A stretch of DNA of 62,556 nt, counting the filler, from Choristocarpus tenellus KU-1152 (Eukaryota > Protista > Phaeophyceae), in assembly GCA_964200185.2 (NCBI GenBank). It is 12 parts of 12 records of this genome, joined end to end, with 100 filler letters (N's around TTAATTAATTAA, not from the genome) between each part and the next. Parts side by side here need not be neighbours in the genome. Positions count along the whole stretch, not along the records: positions 1 to 6,088 come from CAXNAD020008967.1; positions 6,189 to 10,143 come from CAXNAD020016953.1; positions 10,244 to 14,056 come from CAXNAD020017782.1; 9 more parts are not named here. One strand, given 5' to 3'. Both the position numbers and the translations under genes were made by a program. Positions 1-11,919 of this stretch are shown in pieces. The notes below the pieces were generated by a model. The model was not told the DNA's origin. It saw only the letters and a list, made by a program, of their open reading frames with translations, and ran no database searches. How positions within the stretch are numbered: position 1 is the first letter of the stretch; the number at the start of each line of letters is the position of its first letter.

Positions 1-99
1 CCCCTGTCATTTTAAAATCATGTTTCCTGTTCATGCCTCTACCGTCTACAGGTTTTATGTTTTATTCTGTATTGCAGTAGTAATAATGATAATGATAAT

Positions 100-1550
100 G
101 ATATTCATAATAGTGTTCTGAATGTTGTATGCTGCTGGAACAGGCCGCCCCGTTGTTAAAGGACCCCAAGCATAGGAACATTGCTGTTGTGATATTGTGC
201 TTTGTGTTCACTTCTATGTTCTTTCAGGTGAGAGACAACAAGGGGTGCAAGGTTATCTAGTGTTGGGCCGGGGGTTGGGGGTGGTGGGGGAGGGGAAGAG
301 AGGAGTTCCTGTGTATTTCTTGGCATTGCAATGATGATTTTTATTATTTTCCTGCTGTTTATGTACTATTAGGTAAAATACAAAGTGTATCATTACCTCT
401 AGTGTGTTTTGAAATAGGGTTAGGGTTAGTATTGGTATTTTTGTATTGAATATATTGTATAATACCAAGTCTCATACAATTTGGTGAAAAAAGAAAATCT
501 ATCCCCTAATTCACTGAGAGTGATTTTTCTACATACAGGACTAGCTTGATAGCGTGGTTGATGTTGTATTGTAAGTAGTACTTCCACCATCGTACATTGG
601 TGCATTAAATGTGAACTGAAAATCTTACGTTAATGTTGTTCTAGTTTGTGAGCTACGAAGAACAATTGTTGGATTGATACAACTTTTGTTCCTCTCTATT
701 GAAGTATTTATGTTGTAGTATTTATGTTGTAGTATTTATATCGCTTACACCGGGACTATAGTACTACTAATGGATTTGATCGTTGAGACTTGAGGGCGCT
801 GTGGGATGTTGTAAGCAAGAGAGAGAGAGATAAAAAAAAAATGCCCTGCGTCAGTATCTGTGTCTTTTGTATGTGCTTTTTTTTGCTAGAATTTCTTTGT
901 CTTCAATGTGAATTGTTGAGGCGGTGGAAGGCGTTTGCTCCGCGTATCTTTGTTTCTTAATTCCATTTTGTACTACCGGGGTTTTTTTGTGTTCTGTTCC
1001 CCCAAAGATTTATTTTATTTTTTTGGAGGTGTTCTCCCTCCATCACGTGAGGGTTAAGGGGGTATCGTGAGTCCTGGAAAACCTGGAGTGCGTACATCCT
1101 TAGAAGAATACAATCCGAGAATTATTTTTTATTTTTGCTTGCATTCCGCAGTGTCCGTTCTATGCACATTCCTGAGTTTAGTGCTGAATACCCTGAGTGA
1201 AAGTATCTCAGGAGGGTACGAGTTTTTCCCTGTTTGTCCATTTGGGACTTGGCTTCCCATGTTTTTTTATTAAATGACATTTTCCTACTCCAAAATATTT
1301 AGGAGGAGGTAATTGTATACGTTATGAAAAGGTGTGTCCAGAACATGAATATTGACACTTCCTAACAAACACCATAGCCAAAATTTCATCAAAATCGTAA
1401 CATTGGACTTTGGCCCCCCCAAATGGACGGGGCTATACCCTCTAAGATACTTTGGCTCCCTATCACCTGCGTAGTATGTGATGCTTTATTGGTTACTTCT
1501 TGCCCCTCTTGTATTCTCTTGTGTACATCCCAGCCTTAACTGGGAAACAA

Positions 1551-1581
<31 letters not shown>

Positions 1582-2182
1582 CGGGGATTGGAGATTGTGT
1601 GAAGTGGATAGCCAATCAGAAGGGGGTTGTAAACAGTGGGAGCCTCCTCATTGGTTGATCCTTTTTGGCGTTGTAGATGAGAGGTTTCCCATCGGTTGAT
1701 CCTTTATCGTTGTAATGGACCATAGGGCAGCTAGTTAACATCTCCTGCCTGAATGGTGTCTAATGTTAATGTTCTGCTCCACGTCCTTTCTCCTCCCCCG
1801 CCCCCTGTCCCCAACCACTTCCCACACACACACCCCTGATTCCTTCTTTCCCCTTTTGGATTGTTTGCAGGTCATGCGCTTGTACAGAGGTAAGAACAGG
1901 TGGTATCACCCTACATGGTGATGATGCGGTGTTGGAACCATTAGTGGAGGCAGGGTTGCTATGCTATGTATTGCCACTGAGAACCACTGTAGTGTACACA
2001 ACAATAACAGGGTATCGGTAGACTTGTATAAGTATCACTTGTTTGTGGAGAAATTGTTTGCGGAGAAGTCTCTCGAGATAGAAGGGATGTACGGAACCAC
2101 CCTACAAGTGCATGGCGGTGAATTTGAATGCAATTTCGAGCGTGGTGATTGGTCCACTGTTGTGAAGCGCAGGAAACTTTAG
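100..2182 (+). pseudogene. Decayed spliced beta-class amino-methyltransferase-like gene (C-terminal half), paralog of the gene at 6525-10018
   Basis: Exon ~122-227 reads MLYAAGTGRPVVKGPQA*EHCCCDIVLCVH (cf. IYKTRRGRPQLGTDNHLRCCQDMIILAH in contig 2), donor GTGAGA at 228. Exon ending 810 (DLRALWDV, donor GTAAGC at 811) joins in phase 0 to acceptor TTGCAG|1871 (VMRLY). Then HGDDAVLEP(F)SGGRVAMLCIATENHC with a 1-nt frameshift at ~1941, resembling GDxVLDPFxGSG motif I. Contains stops and frameshifts. Confidence 0.5.
1195..1458 (+). mobile_element. MITE family A, full-length copy, TSD CCT
   Basis: Termini GAGTGAAAGTATCTCAGGAGGGTAC...TACCCTCTAAGATACTTTGGCTC are imperfect ~23-bp inverted repeats. CCT flanks both sides. 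Confidence 0.9.
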
Positions 2183-3309
2183 GGTGCAATGGATTGTTTT
2201 GTTACTGTTGTTGAGTGATGTTTCATTTGGACTGCTGTCCTCGGACATGTTTTCTACTACCTTCCCCCCTCCCCCCCCCCCCCCCCCCCCCCCCCACTGG
2301 GGGCCCCATTTTTTTATCCTTTTAATATCCCAAAACCCGGGGGGGGGGGGGGGGGGNNNNNNNNNNCCCTCCCCCCCTCCCCCCCCCCCCTCCTCCTCCC
2401 GACATTGAGGTACCATATTTTCATGCATTTAATCAGTCAAAAAGCCGGAGGGAGAGGTGGAGGGGAATGTAAACGTAGCAATAGTCTTCTCTGCATCAAC
2501 TCTGTCTTGAGATAATATTCAGCGTAGATTCAGAAGGGCTGGCTGGGTTGGCTGCTTTATGAAGAGAGGCCGGCAACATCCATCCACAGCAAGTACTGAT
2601 AGCTGAGGTAGAGCCTGCGTACAGCCTTCTGTGTGACACATGACTGGGATTTTTGATACTCCTTTCACCACAAAAGCGTTTTAAACAGTAGTGAGGAAGT
2701 GAGAGGGAGCATTAGTGCGCTTATGGTGGGGTTGTCAAGAACGATATGTGACTGATCCACTCAACACACAAAACACTCTTAACACAGGCACACATTCTGG
2801 ACAGACAGAGCTCTACTCTTACTTTTCACTGCTCCACTTGCTTTCAACCTTGCTTGAGCATATATGCGTGTGTGCATGCTAGTTGTCCTGCAGTAGTGGT
2901 CGGGAAGAGAAGGTGGAGTAGGCGGGTATGAGTAATCGTTTTTTTTGCTAAACACATTTTTCTGCAACCTGTTCGATGTGTTGGAGTGATGACCACTGCT
3001 ATGTATGCCGTGACTTGAGGTTGTGAGAGGCATGTTGCTACAGAACAAGGGTGTGACTTGAAATGTGACATGACACGATAAGACCAAGAGGTACCTTACC
3101 CCTCTGCCTGAAGGTACTATTGTCGACTTACTACGATGACTTTAGCCTCTGCTACAAGAAAATCTTTGGGAAGAACAACTGCATTTTTAGCTAGATTGCC
3201 TGCTGGAAGGGTCAATCAAGAGCATGAAAGCATAATAAGAGGCTGCAGTTGTGTAAAGTACCGATGAGGGGAATTGGAACTACTGTGTGACAACGAAAAG
3301 GTACAACCT

Positions 3310-3494
3310 AGCTCAAAGTATATTAGGGGGGTGGCGGCTGTCCATTTTGGGGCCCATTTTTCCATACCACGATTTTCGGGTGATTTGATTGCATGCGTTG
3401 CATAGATAATGTATGTTCACTTCTCATGGTCAGGGCTCGAATGAACACCCTGGTGTAGACCCCGCCCCTGCCCCCTCCCCAGATACTTTAGGTC
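3310..3494. mobile_element. MITE family B (G-rich TIR, GGCTCAAAGTATCTGGGG type)
   Basis: AGCTCAAAGTATATTAGGGGGG...CCCCTCCCCAGATACTTTAGGTC, with ACCT on both flanks. The same terminus occurs at 41242, 41423, 48510 and 58292. Confidence 0.65.
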
Positions 3495-3570
3495 ACCTTG
3501 CAAATGATCAGTGTTATATTATTATTATTATTGTTCTGATAATACTTTGAGATACATAGCTTATTGTATT

Positions 3571-3819
3571 GAGTCGAAGTAAACGAGAGGTACCCATGTT
3601 TTTCTCGTTCTGCATTTTAGGCCAGTGTTTCGATCTTTTCCAATTCACCCCTATTTCTATGAAGTGGTACGTTTGTGATTTGAGAGCGGTGATTTGTCCA
3701 TTGTTTGAACTCTTTCGACATGATTCGGAAAACGTCCTATACACACTTGTAAAAAAAGTCGAATTTTGCATCAGCATCCTTAAAATGCAACTCCGGATAC
3801 CACTCCTTTACTTTGACTC
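3571..3819 (-). mobile_element. MITE family C copy
   Basis: GAGTCGAAGTAAACGAGAGGTACC...CCTTTACTTTGACTC. Internally homologous (inverted) to 4060-4315 and 10854-11088. Confidence 0.75.
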
Positions 3820-4059
3820 TTACCTTAACAATAGTGCGAGGATTATCCTGAGTCACGGCGAGGAGTCAAAGGCAATACACTACATTATTTCTGATTCTAC
3901 TACTGTAACACTATTATACTTACAACTATAACAATTGTACTGCCTCCGTTTGTGCCTTCTCACTTGTTGGGATCACCCAGCCCACCTCTCATCACTCCAC
4001 CTCTTCCCTTGAATCTTTGCTGGAACCACATTGTGGTTGCTTGTTAATGAAGTTTTGCC

Positions 4060-4315
4060 GAGTCACAGGAAATGAGAGGTACCTACGCTTGTTTAAAGGA
4101 TGCTAGCGACTATGTCCAAAATTCGACCTTTTTTCAAATGATGTGTAGACATTTTGCGAATTCAGTCGAAAATATCCGAACAATAACGAAAGCAACTCAC
4201 TCAAGTCATAATTGACGATACATCCATGGAAATATGGGTGAATTGCAAAAGGTTGAAAAACTGACTTATGATGCAAAACTGTCTAAAGCTGGGTACGTCT
4301 CGTTTACTTTACCTC
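4060..4315 (+). mobile_element. MITE family C copy
   Basis: GAGTCACAGGAAATGAGAGGTACC...GGTACGTCTCGTTTACTTTACCTC. Shares GAAATATGGGTGAATT with the 10854 copy. Confidence 0.75.
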
Positions 4316-5617
4316 CACCTTGTTCTTGGTCCAGCAATTTTGTACTGTCGTGACATATAATATAGTATAGGTGTACAATTCTTATTCCAAATCGAGACTT
4401 TCATGCAAGAAATTATGCTCCACTCCATCATCCCCAAAAATGAACTTGGGTATAATTGCATGTACATTTATACCTCAGAGTATGTACTTTGTTATTACAT
4501 GTGATATGCTAAATATGTATTCCACTAATAGAGGTGAGACGTCTGCACTGATTGAGAGTTCGAGATTTACCAACATTCATAGCTTCAAGAGTGTTCCATT
4601 ATTACTGGTACTGATATTCTTCGGGAGTAAGTGTCACCCACGTATTATTTCTGGTACTGGTTCTTCACGCAACTCAGGGCCTGGTACCAAGGTAGAAGCA
4701 CCCATGCTGTTTAGTATTCACGGCACCTAGTACTCACGAACAAATAATGGTTCTGGTTCTGGTACTACTTTGTACCTGGCACACATGAGCTAATGTCAGT
4801 ACCGCAATCCTTGGCCCCTGGTGCCGACAGATGACACACACACATTATTATTAGTACCTTTTGAACTTTAGAAGCATGAGAAAGAAGTATACACATTTTA
4901 GTGATCGGGACCTTGAGGGTATGAAATATTTCCATGATTGCAGATGTTATCTAAAGTTTGTGACATGCTTCCACTGTTTGGAATAAATCTGGTGATGCCC
5001 ATACACAAAATTATACACTTTGGTGAGGCAGAATTAGTCCAACCACTACTTCCAACAACTCGGTACATGCCTGGGACTTGCCTTGGTTGCTTCAAGTTAC
5101 AGATGAACTCAAGGCGCTCCTTAGGCAAAAAAAAGACAAAGACGGGCGAGACGCACGTTGAGAAGATGGACCGAATCAGTCAATCATCAGCTAACACAAC
5201 ACAAACGACGCAGCTAATCACAAACATGCATAACGGCAACTCTACATGGTTCAAATGATTTTTAGTTCAAGGAGTGTTGCCATCATACTCTTAAGCTCCC
5301 TTCCCACACACTAATTGTATGGGAACAAAGGATTCACCCACCAACTACCCTTTCCTTCACAACTCACCCACATATCCACAATCCAACGTTATCAAATAGG
5401 TGGTGAAAAATAGAAAGACAGATACACACAACTTGTCACAACGCTACTGTAAGGAGTGGGCAAAGATCAGTCATGGATATCAGCTACTTCATGTACCTAT
5501 TCTACCTCCTCCCTCTCCCAACCACAAAGTGGAGAAGGTGTGGGAAAATATCCGCCACCGCAACTGCCTCAGTGGGTGTAGTCTGTAATATGGCACCAAG
5601 CTACATCCCACCAGATA

Positions 5618-5876
5618 GAGTGAAGGTATCTCAGAGGGTACGAGTTTTGCCCTGTTTATCCATTTGGGGCTTGGCTTCCCTCGGGGTTTTTTATGACTTT
5701 ATACTACTCCAAAATATTTCGGAGTAGATAAAATGTGTACGTTATGAAAAGGTGTGTCCGGAACAAGGATGTTGACACTTCATAACAAACACCGTAACCA
5801 AAATTATATCAAAATCGCAACATTGGATTTTGGTCCCCAAATTGACCTGGCTCTACCCTCTAAGATATTTTGGGTC
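5618..5876 (+). mobile_element. MITE family A, full-length copy, TSD ATA
   Basis: ata|GAGTGAAGGTATCTCAGAGGGTAC...TACCCTCTAAGATATTTTGGGTC|ata. Confidence 0.9.
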
Positions 5877-6088
5877 ATAACTTCCTGAAATGACCCGTGC
5901 TATTCTACATCTCACACGTAGGTAAGGTGTGATGAACGGCACTATGCACTTCAAACGTAATCAGAGATTGGAGCCCTAGCGATAGATCTTGGCTGACCTC
6001 TAACGCCACCACCAATTGTGTCATTCCTTGGTAGTCAGGGCAAAGAACAGGGGATCCTCAAAATGGGGGATGGCCCCGGACTATGAGG

Positions 6089-6188
6089 NNNNNNNNNNNN
6101 NNNNNNNNNNNNNNNNNNNNNNNNNNNNNNNNTTAATTAATTAANNNNNNNNNNNNNNNNNNNNNNNNNNNNNNNNNNNNNNNNNNNN
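6089..6188. other. Artificial contig linker N44-TTAATTAATTAA-N44 (also at 10144, 14057, 17323, 24288, 37841, 41265, 45054, 48393, 54502, 58490)
   Basis: Identical 100-nt spacer with stop codons in all six frames, present 11 times. Confidence 0.99.
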
Positions 6189-6251
6189 ATCACAACATTG
6201 TATTTTGACCCCCAATTGGACGAGGCTCTACCCTCTAAGATACTTTGACTC
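6189..6251 (+). mobile_element. MITE family A, right end (truncated by contig start)
   Basis: ...GCTCTACCCTCTAAGATACTTTGACTC. Confidence 0.85.
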
Positions 6252-6524
6252 TTCTGCCTCCAACAGGCGTCACTGAAAAAAACTACGTACTGATTGGCGT
6301 CCTCAACATTGACTTATTTCAAACTATTTCGCCCCACAAGCCGCCTCCATTAAACACGTTCACCACGTCAACCATATCGTTTGCTCTGCCCGATTGACAT
6401 GCTATCGTACTTCCTTTTTTGACGTCACCATCGTCCCCTCCTCTCCTCAACAGCGTCCTCCGCCGTCTCCACTACTAGATTATCGAGAAGGACTCGGCTC
6501 TACGCGCTTACCTCACCACCTGGG

Positions 6525-9500
6525 ATGGTAAATACCAGGATATACTCAACCAGGTCAACCTCCATCAGGTTCACAGCGGGCGGGGCTGTGATGGCGGCGG
6601 AAGCTGAGAGCAAGAACGGATCGGCATCAGATGACCGTGAGAAAGAAGACGAGGGAGGGCACGAACACCAAGGAGGGGATGGAGACGAGGGAGGGGACGA
6701 ACACAAAGGAGGGGACGAAGACGAGGGAGGGAACGGACTGCCAGACAGGGAGGATACGGGCGAAGGGGGTTCTGTCGGCAGTGTTCCTGGTGCAGAAGAA
6801 GAACAAAACGGCCATGGAGGGTGGAACGCGGGCGTTTGCTGTACTGAATGCAATCCTCCACCTACGTCTCGGTGAGTAATGTAGTTGCAACGGTGCACGT
6901 GTAGGGCGGAGTGTAATTAATAGCGTAAGATTGGTTTCCATCCAATCCCCCGAACGGATAGATACGTTGTATCTTTTCAGCTGCGCACGCCATTGAATCC
7001 ATGGTATGTTGCAGGGTCCCTCTATGTGCGGCGCTGCGCTCGTTACCCCCATATCTCTTTATTTGCCACTGTCCGATTGTGTGTTAATGCATGTACATCA
7101 TCGACTGTTGTATCTCACCTGTACTACTTCGTACTGTTTTGCACGGCCAATTTCGTGGTGCTTCGTAACCGTGGATCCCCGCATTGCGTTGTTGCTCCCA
7201 ATTAATGATCTGGAAAAATACTATACTGTCTGTTTAACGCTCTGATTCGATGGCACGCGTGACAGGTATTCATGCCCAAAGTGCTCCATCACGCATATGG
7301 GCGAGTGTGCCTACGCGGACATTAGAGACGACGAGAGGCACAAGGATCGATTATGTATCAAATGCCCCATGGCACAGGAGGGCAGTGAAGGGTCTGGATC
7401 GGTGGGGAACGAAGCGGCGGGTCGGGTCAGGGGCAAGGGCAAGGGCAAGGGCAAGGGCTCACGCAAGGGCGGGTCACCCACAAAGCAAAGCCTTTTACAT
7501 CCCACCTTATGCAGCGAAACGGTCGACATGGAGAAGTGCATGTGGGTCTCGGCGTGGTTGCACATTATACAGACACATAAGTCATCTCTGCGTGTTTGTT
7601 TTCGCGTTGGTTTGCACGTAGGTCTTGGCTGCTTGTACATCATGTGGATTGCTCGTCCTTTGTACGTTGGATGTGTCGCTTTTTTGGAGGGTTCCATGGG
7701 CTGTCAAACTTATTTGACGTCTACCCTCCTTCCTCGATCCGTATCTGATGAGTCTGGCGTTGTGGAGGGTACGACCTGACATTTTGGAGATGCCTTGGAA
7801 ATATTGTCAGGAACTCACTTAATGAAAAGATTGCCCGCACCATAGCTTACTATGCCGTCCTTCTTGTCGTGCTGTCTGTCTACTGTGTCGTGTGTCATGA
7901 TGTCCAAGCAGGAGTGAGAACACTGCACTACACAACCTTTGCCCTCTCGACTCCACGGTATCCTTAGACAAACTTGGTGATTTCGCCTTCCGCAACGCGC
8001 CAAAGCTTGCCATAGTGTCCATTGCCGCCGAGCCAAGACTCCTCATCGACGAAGAGGCAACCAACACACACCTGCACGAGGTGTTTCAGTGCTTGCGGTC
8101 TAAGATGCATCCTCAGGGCGCCATCGCACTCATTGTGCCCCACCCGTGGAAGGCGCAATTACACCGCCTAGTAGGTGAGTTGCAGAGTTCGCAAGTGCAG
8201 GAATACGGGGTATATTGGGGGAGACCGATGCGATCCGGGTGGCCGTTATCATTCCGTCCGTGTGCCGATCGAATATTGTGTGACCGTTCAGGAGATGCGG
8301 ATTAGGTCGTGTGTATTCCTTTTTCACTTTCCCCATGTTGTTTCATGTCCTTCGTACCTTCTACTTCCTTTCGTGTCGCTTGCTCTTTCCCCCCGGCAAC
8401 TATGTACTTCTTTGTTTCATTGTCCGTGAATCGCATGCTGGGGTTACTCGTCTTCACTACACTGTTTTTGCCATATTTACTTCTATTATTACTTATTTCC
8501 TATTGTTTGCAATTTTTGCATTGGTTATTTGCCTTGCGTTCCACACTCATTGTACTATTATAATGTTAGTGGTATGAGATTTCATGAATCCCTACGATAA
8601 CTACTTGTGTGATGGCACTGTCAAGTTTGATGCATGCCGGACCCACGCGCTCACTCCCGCCTTCTCTTCATTCAGAGACTCTTACTGCGACGAAGGTGGG
8701 CTTGATTATGGAGGATCATCCCCTAACCCTAATATACAAGACGAGGAGGGGGCGCCCTCAATTAGGCACAGATAACCATCTCAGATGTTGTCAGGACATG
8801 ATTATTCTCGCGCACAACGATGGGACAATGTTCACATGCAATAAGCGAGTCACCGTCAACGACATCTTTGGCCACGGGCGTGATGCATCTCCTCCGGTAC
8901 TCCAAACCATGTTGGACGTCGAATACAAAGGTGCTGCAACGGACATCCCCATGAGGGCCCTCCACTTCCTCCTTAACAGGTTCCTTAATAACGTCACACA
9001 CATCCTTCTTCACAGAAGCAGCGATTTTTTTTGGTATAGGTGTAGGACATCGTTAAACAGTAACAGAACGAGCTGGGTGATGGTTCAGGGTCGTCAATCC
9101 ATCCCACGAGTTTGTTTCCCGAATCGGTACGTTAAGCGTCAAAACGCACCAAGAGAGTGTTTCCCTGTATCGGAATGTTACTCATACTTTGAGACATGAT
9201 GAATCCGTGCGCAATACAATATACCACGTTAGGGATAATTTACGAACTACCCTCCTATGATAGGTACACGAATGCTGGGGACACCGTCGTCTCCTACAGC
9301 GCAGAGAGGCATAATGTGGTGGAGGCGGCCCTTGAACGGAGCAGGAGGGTGGAGGTGTTCGAGTCCAACACGGCGTCAAAGGACGAGGTGAAGCAGAGGA
9401 TACACACATCCTTCGGCCAAGCCTACAAGGACGGCAAGTGGAAGGTAAGAAGGATGTGCTGGCTTTTTTTTTCTGTTGCTTTCCAACTTGTTGTTTGCCT

Positions 9501-10018
9501 ACGTTCCCTATGGATAGGTCTCGGGCGTGCAATTGTACTGGTGATGCTTCCTTGTAGATGTTTACACGTTGCCAACAGAGTGTACACAGTTACCCACACC
9601 ACTGCTGGAAATCACGAGTCCCCAAGACTTTGACGTGATCGTCGGTACGTCATAATGTCCTCCTTCCCCGCACGAACAAAAAACAAACGTGCTGCAGTAC
9701 ACCACAGCATCTTTAACCAACGCTGGAATAACCCATACATATGTGAAAAAACCTTATCAAATGGCTAACCCACTTCACTGCCACATTGTTGGACTATCAC
9801 ATGTACGCACATGATGTTCCAGGTATCACGTCTCTTGTTCAGGAACGCGTGATAGACCCTTCCTGCCTGCCGGAAGCCTTGGGGCAGACCCTCGTCCCAA
9901 CGGAGATGCAGCAATGTTTTGCTGAGATCGTCCATCCTCAAGGAAAGGCAATGGGACGCGATGAGGCGACTATTTTCGTTGCAAAGACGGTGGCGACGGA
10001 CTTCGGCTACCAGATCGA
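6525..10018 (+). pseudogene. Multi-exon gene: acidic Gly-rich region, PHD finger, GK repeat, beta-class N4C/N6A DNA methyltransferase-like domain with degenerate catalytic motifs; probably pseudogenised
   Basis: Splice 6871|7266 gives CTEC..RYSCPKCSITHMGEC..LCIKC (C4HC3). 7780-7810 reads HFGDALEILS after an in-frame TGA. Exon 7968-8174 reads KLAIVSIAAEPR..EVFQCLRSKMHPQGAIALIVP. Exon 8676-8979 reads GLIMEDHPLTLIYK..CQDMIILAH..TDIPMRALHFLLNR. Exon 9264-9444 reads YTNAGDTVVSYSAERHNVVEAALERSRRVEVFE..VKQRI. This is the motif order of PF01555-type enzymes, and the phases of these junctions are compatible (the donor at 7811 is GA, not GT). Confidence 0.7.
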
Positions 10019-10243
10019 GGTGAATGTGGTATAGAATGCGCTAACTTACGTATTTTGTGAAGATCGGACGGCAGAGTTTAGTTACCGGCACGCAGAAAAG
10101 ACTATTTTTTTATTCCCGAGTCCTAACCTACCTAATGCGGCACNNNNNNNNNNNNNNNNNNNNNNNNNNNNNNNNNNNNNNNNNNNNTTAATTAATTAAN
10201 NNNNNNNNNNNNNNNNNNNNNNNNNNNNNNNNNNNNNNNNNNN

Positions 10244-10409
10244 GGAAGTGTCAATATCCTTGTTCCCGGACGCACCTTTTCATAACCTATACATTTTACC
10301 TACTCCGAAACATTTCAGGGTAGGTGAAATATCATTTAAAAAATGTGGGAAGCCAAGCCTCAAACGGACAGACAGGGAGAAACTCGTACCCTCTAAGGCA
10401 CTTTCACTC
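10244..10409 (-). mobile_element. MITE family A, partial (contig start)
   Basis: ...CTCGTACCCTCTAAGGCACTTTCACTC. Confidence 0.88.
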
Positions 10410-10853
10410 AAATACAGGCAGGAACACTGCCCAGTACTCTGAGGACAGGAATAGGCAGCTGATAAAGATTGAATCGGAAGCAGGCCCTGGCCACTCGTAC
10501 AGACCCTAGAATCATCTATGGCATTCCAGAGGATGGGCATGAGGCTATTTGGAGGCAGGTGGAGTTGGAAGTTTTAGGCATTGCAGGGGAGGAGCACAGA
10601 GTGTAGGGGGCAGAGAATAGTCCTGTCGTGGAGCCAAGCCCATGTACACGTACCACCCATACTGAGCGGGGGTAGTCCTCCAAGAAAATACTCAAGGGTT
10701 TTATAAGAGCCTCCCTTGCAATGGGTGGGGAGTTCAGCTCGTCGTGGTCGGATGTTGAAGCACGCTGTGGGGGAGCACATGGAGGAAGCAGCACGTGTAG
10801 AAGTTACTGCATTCAAAGTTGCAGGAGGGCTCCCCACAATTGATTTGGACAGT

Positions 10854-11088
10854 GAGTCAAAGTAAACGAGAGGTACCCTGGACTGCAGTTATAGGATGCT
10901 TACAAATATGAGCACAGGGTGTTTTCTGAAATGTGTCGAGACGTTTCAAACAATAGAGAAATCAACGCTCTCAAGTCAAATCTAGGACTTCATCCATAGA
11001 AATATGGGTGAATTACGAAAAATGAAATAACTTGCTCAAACTGGAAAACGACGACCAAAACCTGGGCACCTCTCGCATACTCTGGCTC
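10854..11088 (+). mobile_element. MITE family C copy, TSD AGT
   Basis: agt|GAGTCAAAGTAAACGAGAGGTACCC...GGGCACCTCTCGCATACTCTGGCTC|agt. Confidence 0.82.
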
Positions 11089-11790
11089 AGTGGAGCTTAC
11101 AATGGCCAACTCAGGTGGTGGCGGGAAAGGAACTCTAAATTTCCACGCCTGGAAAATTTTTCCCATCGGATTTGGGGCATTCCTGGGAAACCATCAGACT
11201 CGACACGCATACTCCCAACAGCTGTGAGTATTGCGACTTCCAAACTGATAGGCTGGACCCCCAGAAGATGAGGACCTTCTTGCGATCCTTCACAACAACG
11301 CATGGATGAAGGTGGATGCAAGGGAGGTTACGAAGAAAGGAAACAGAGACAGTACCCCCTGAAGACTGTACCATCAATGTATATCCACAACATACACAAC
11401 AAGTGAAAAAATGATACATATCATTCCTCATTCTATAATGCTCCTCCTCACAGCTCTTCCGTATTCTTCCTGCAAAGCATCTAAACAAAACACGCAAAAA
11501 AGAGTATCTCGGTTAACACATCAAAGTGTACGTAGTGGGGACAGACCACGCAAATGGGGACTGCCTCGAAAACTTCATTTTTTTTCCTCTCTCGCTAGTA
11601 TGAGGCCTGTTTGGCTCGAGGTGCTGCGGTCCTCGCCCCGTGCGCGTTCGATGATGATAATCGAATGCATCGAAAACCTCTGGAGTCGAATTAACATACA
11701 CTACAAAACGATTTCGATTCAGAGAACAAGAAATTGTCATTAGTCGAGACTGTCACTATCGCCCTCGCTCGTCCTCTAAAAGAAAATTAG

Positions 11791-11864
11791 TACTCTAGCC
11801 GGGGCTCGAACCCGGGACCTTGTGCGTGTGAGGCACACGTTATAGCCAACTAAACCACCAGAGC
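11791..11864 (-). tRNA. tRNA-Val-CAC: tRNA-Val (anticodon CAC)
   Basis: GCTCTGGTGGTTTAGTTGGCTATAACGTGTGCCTCACACGCACAAGGTCCCGGGTTCGAGCCCCGGCTAGAGTA folds into a cloverleaf: acceptor GCTCTGG/CTAGAGT, anticodon stem TGTGC/GCACA with loop CT-CAC-AC, T-loop GTTCGAG. T-runs follow (Pol III terminator). Confidence 0.93.
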
Positions 11865-11919
11865 GCTTTTTCTTACATCCAAAATCCCACGACATACGAT
11901 CCATCACCTCTCGGAGTCG

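Noticed and set aside
2262-2400. Poly-C/poly-G blocks around 10-N gaps (also 27840-28040, 29600-29795) giving poly-Pro/Gly ORFs and apparent G-quadruplex or inverted structures
   Set aside because: Typical low-quality read ends at scaffold gaps next to homopolymers; the sequence is unreliable.
5470-5560. ILPPPSPNHKVEKVWENIR resembling the IS630/Tc1 LPPYSPELNPIE.VW motif
   Set aside because: Single short motif with no upstream DD residues recognisable; insufficient support.
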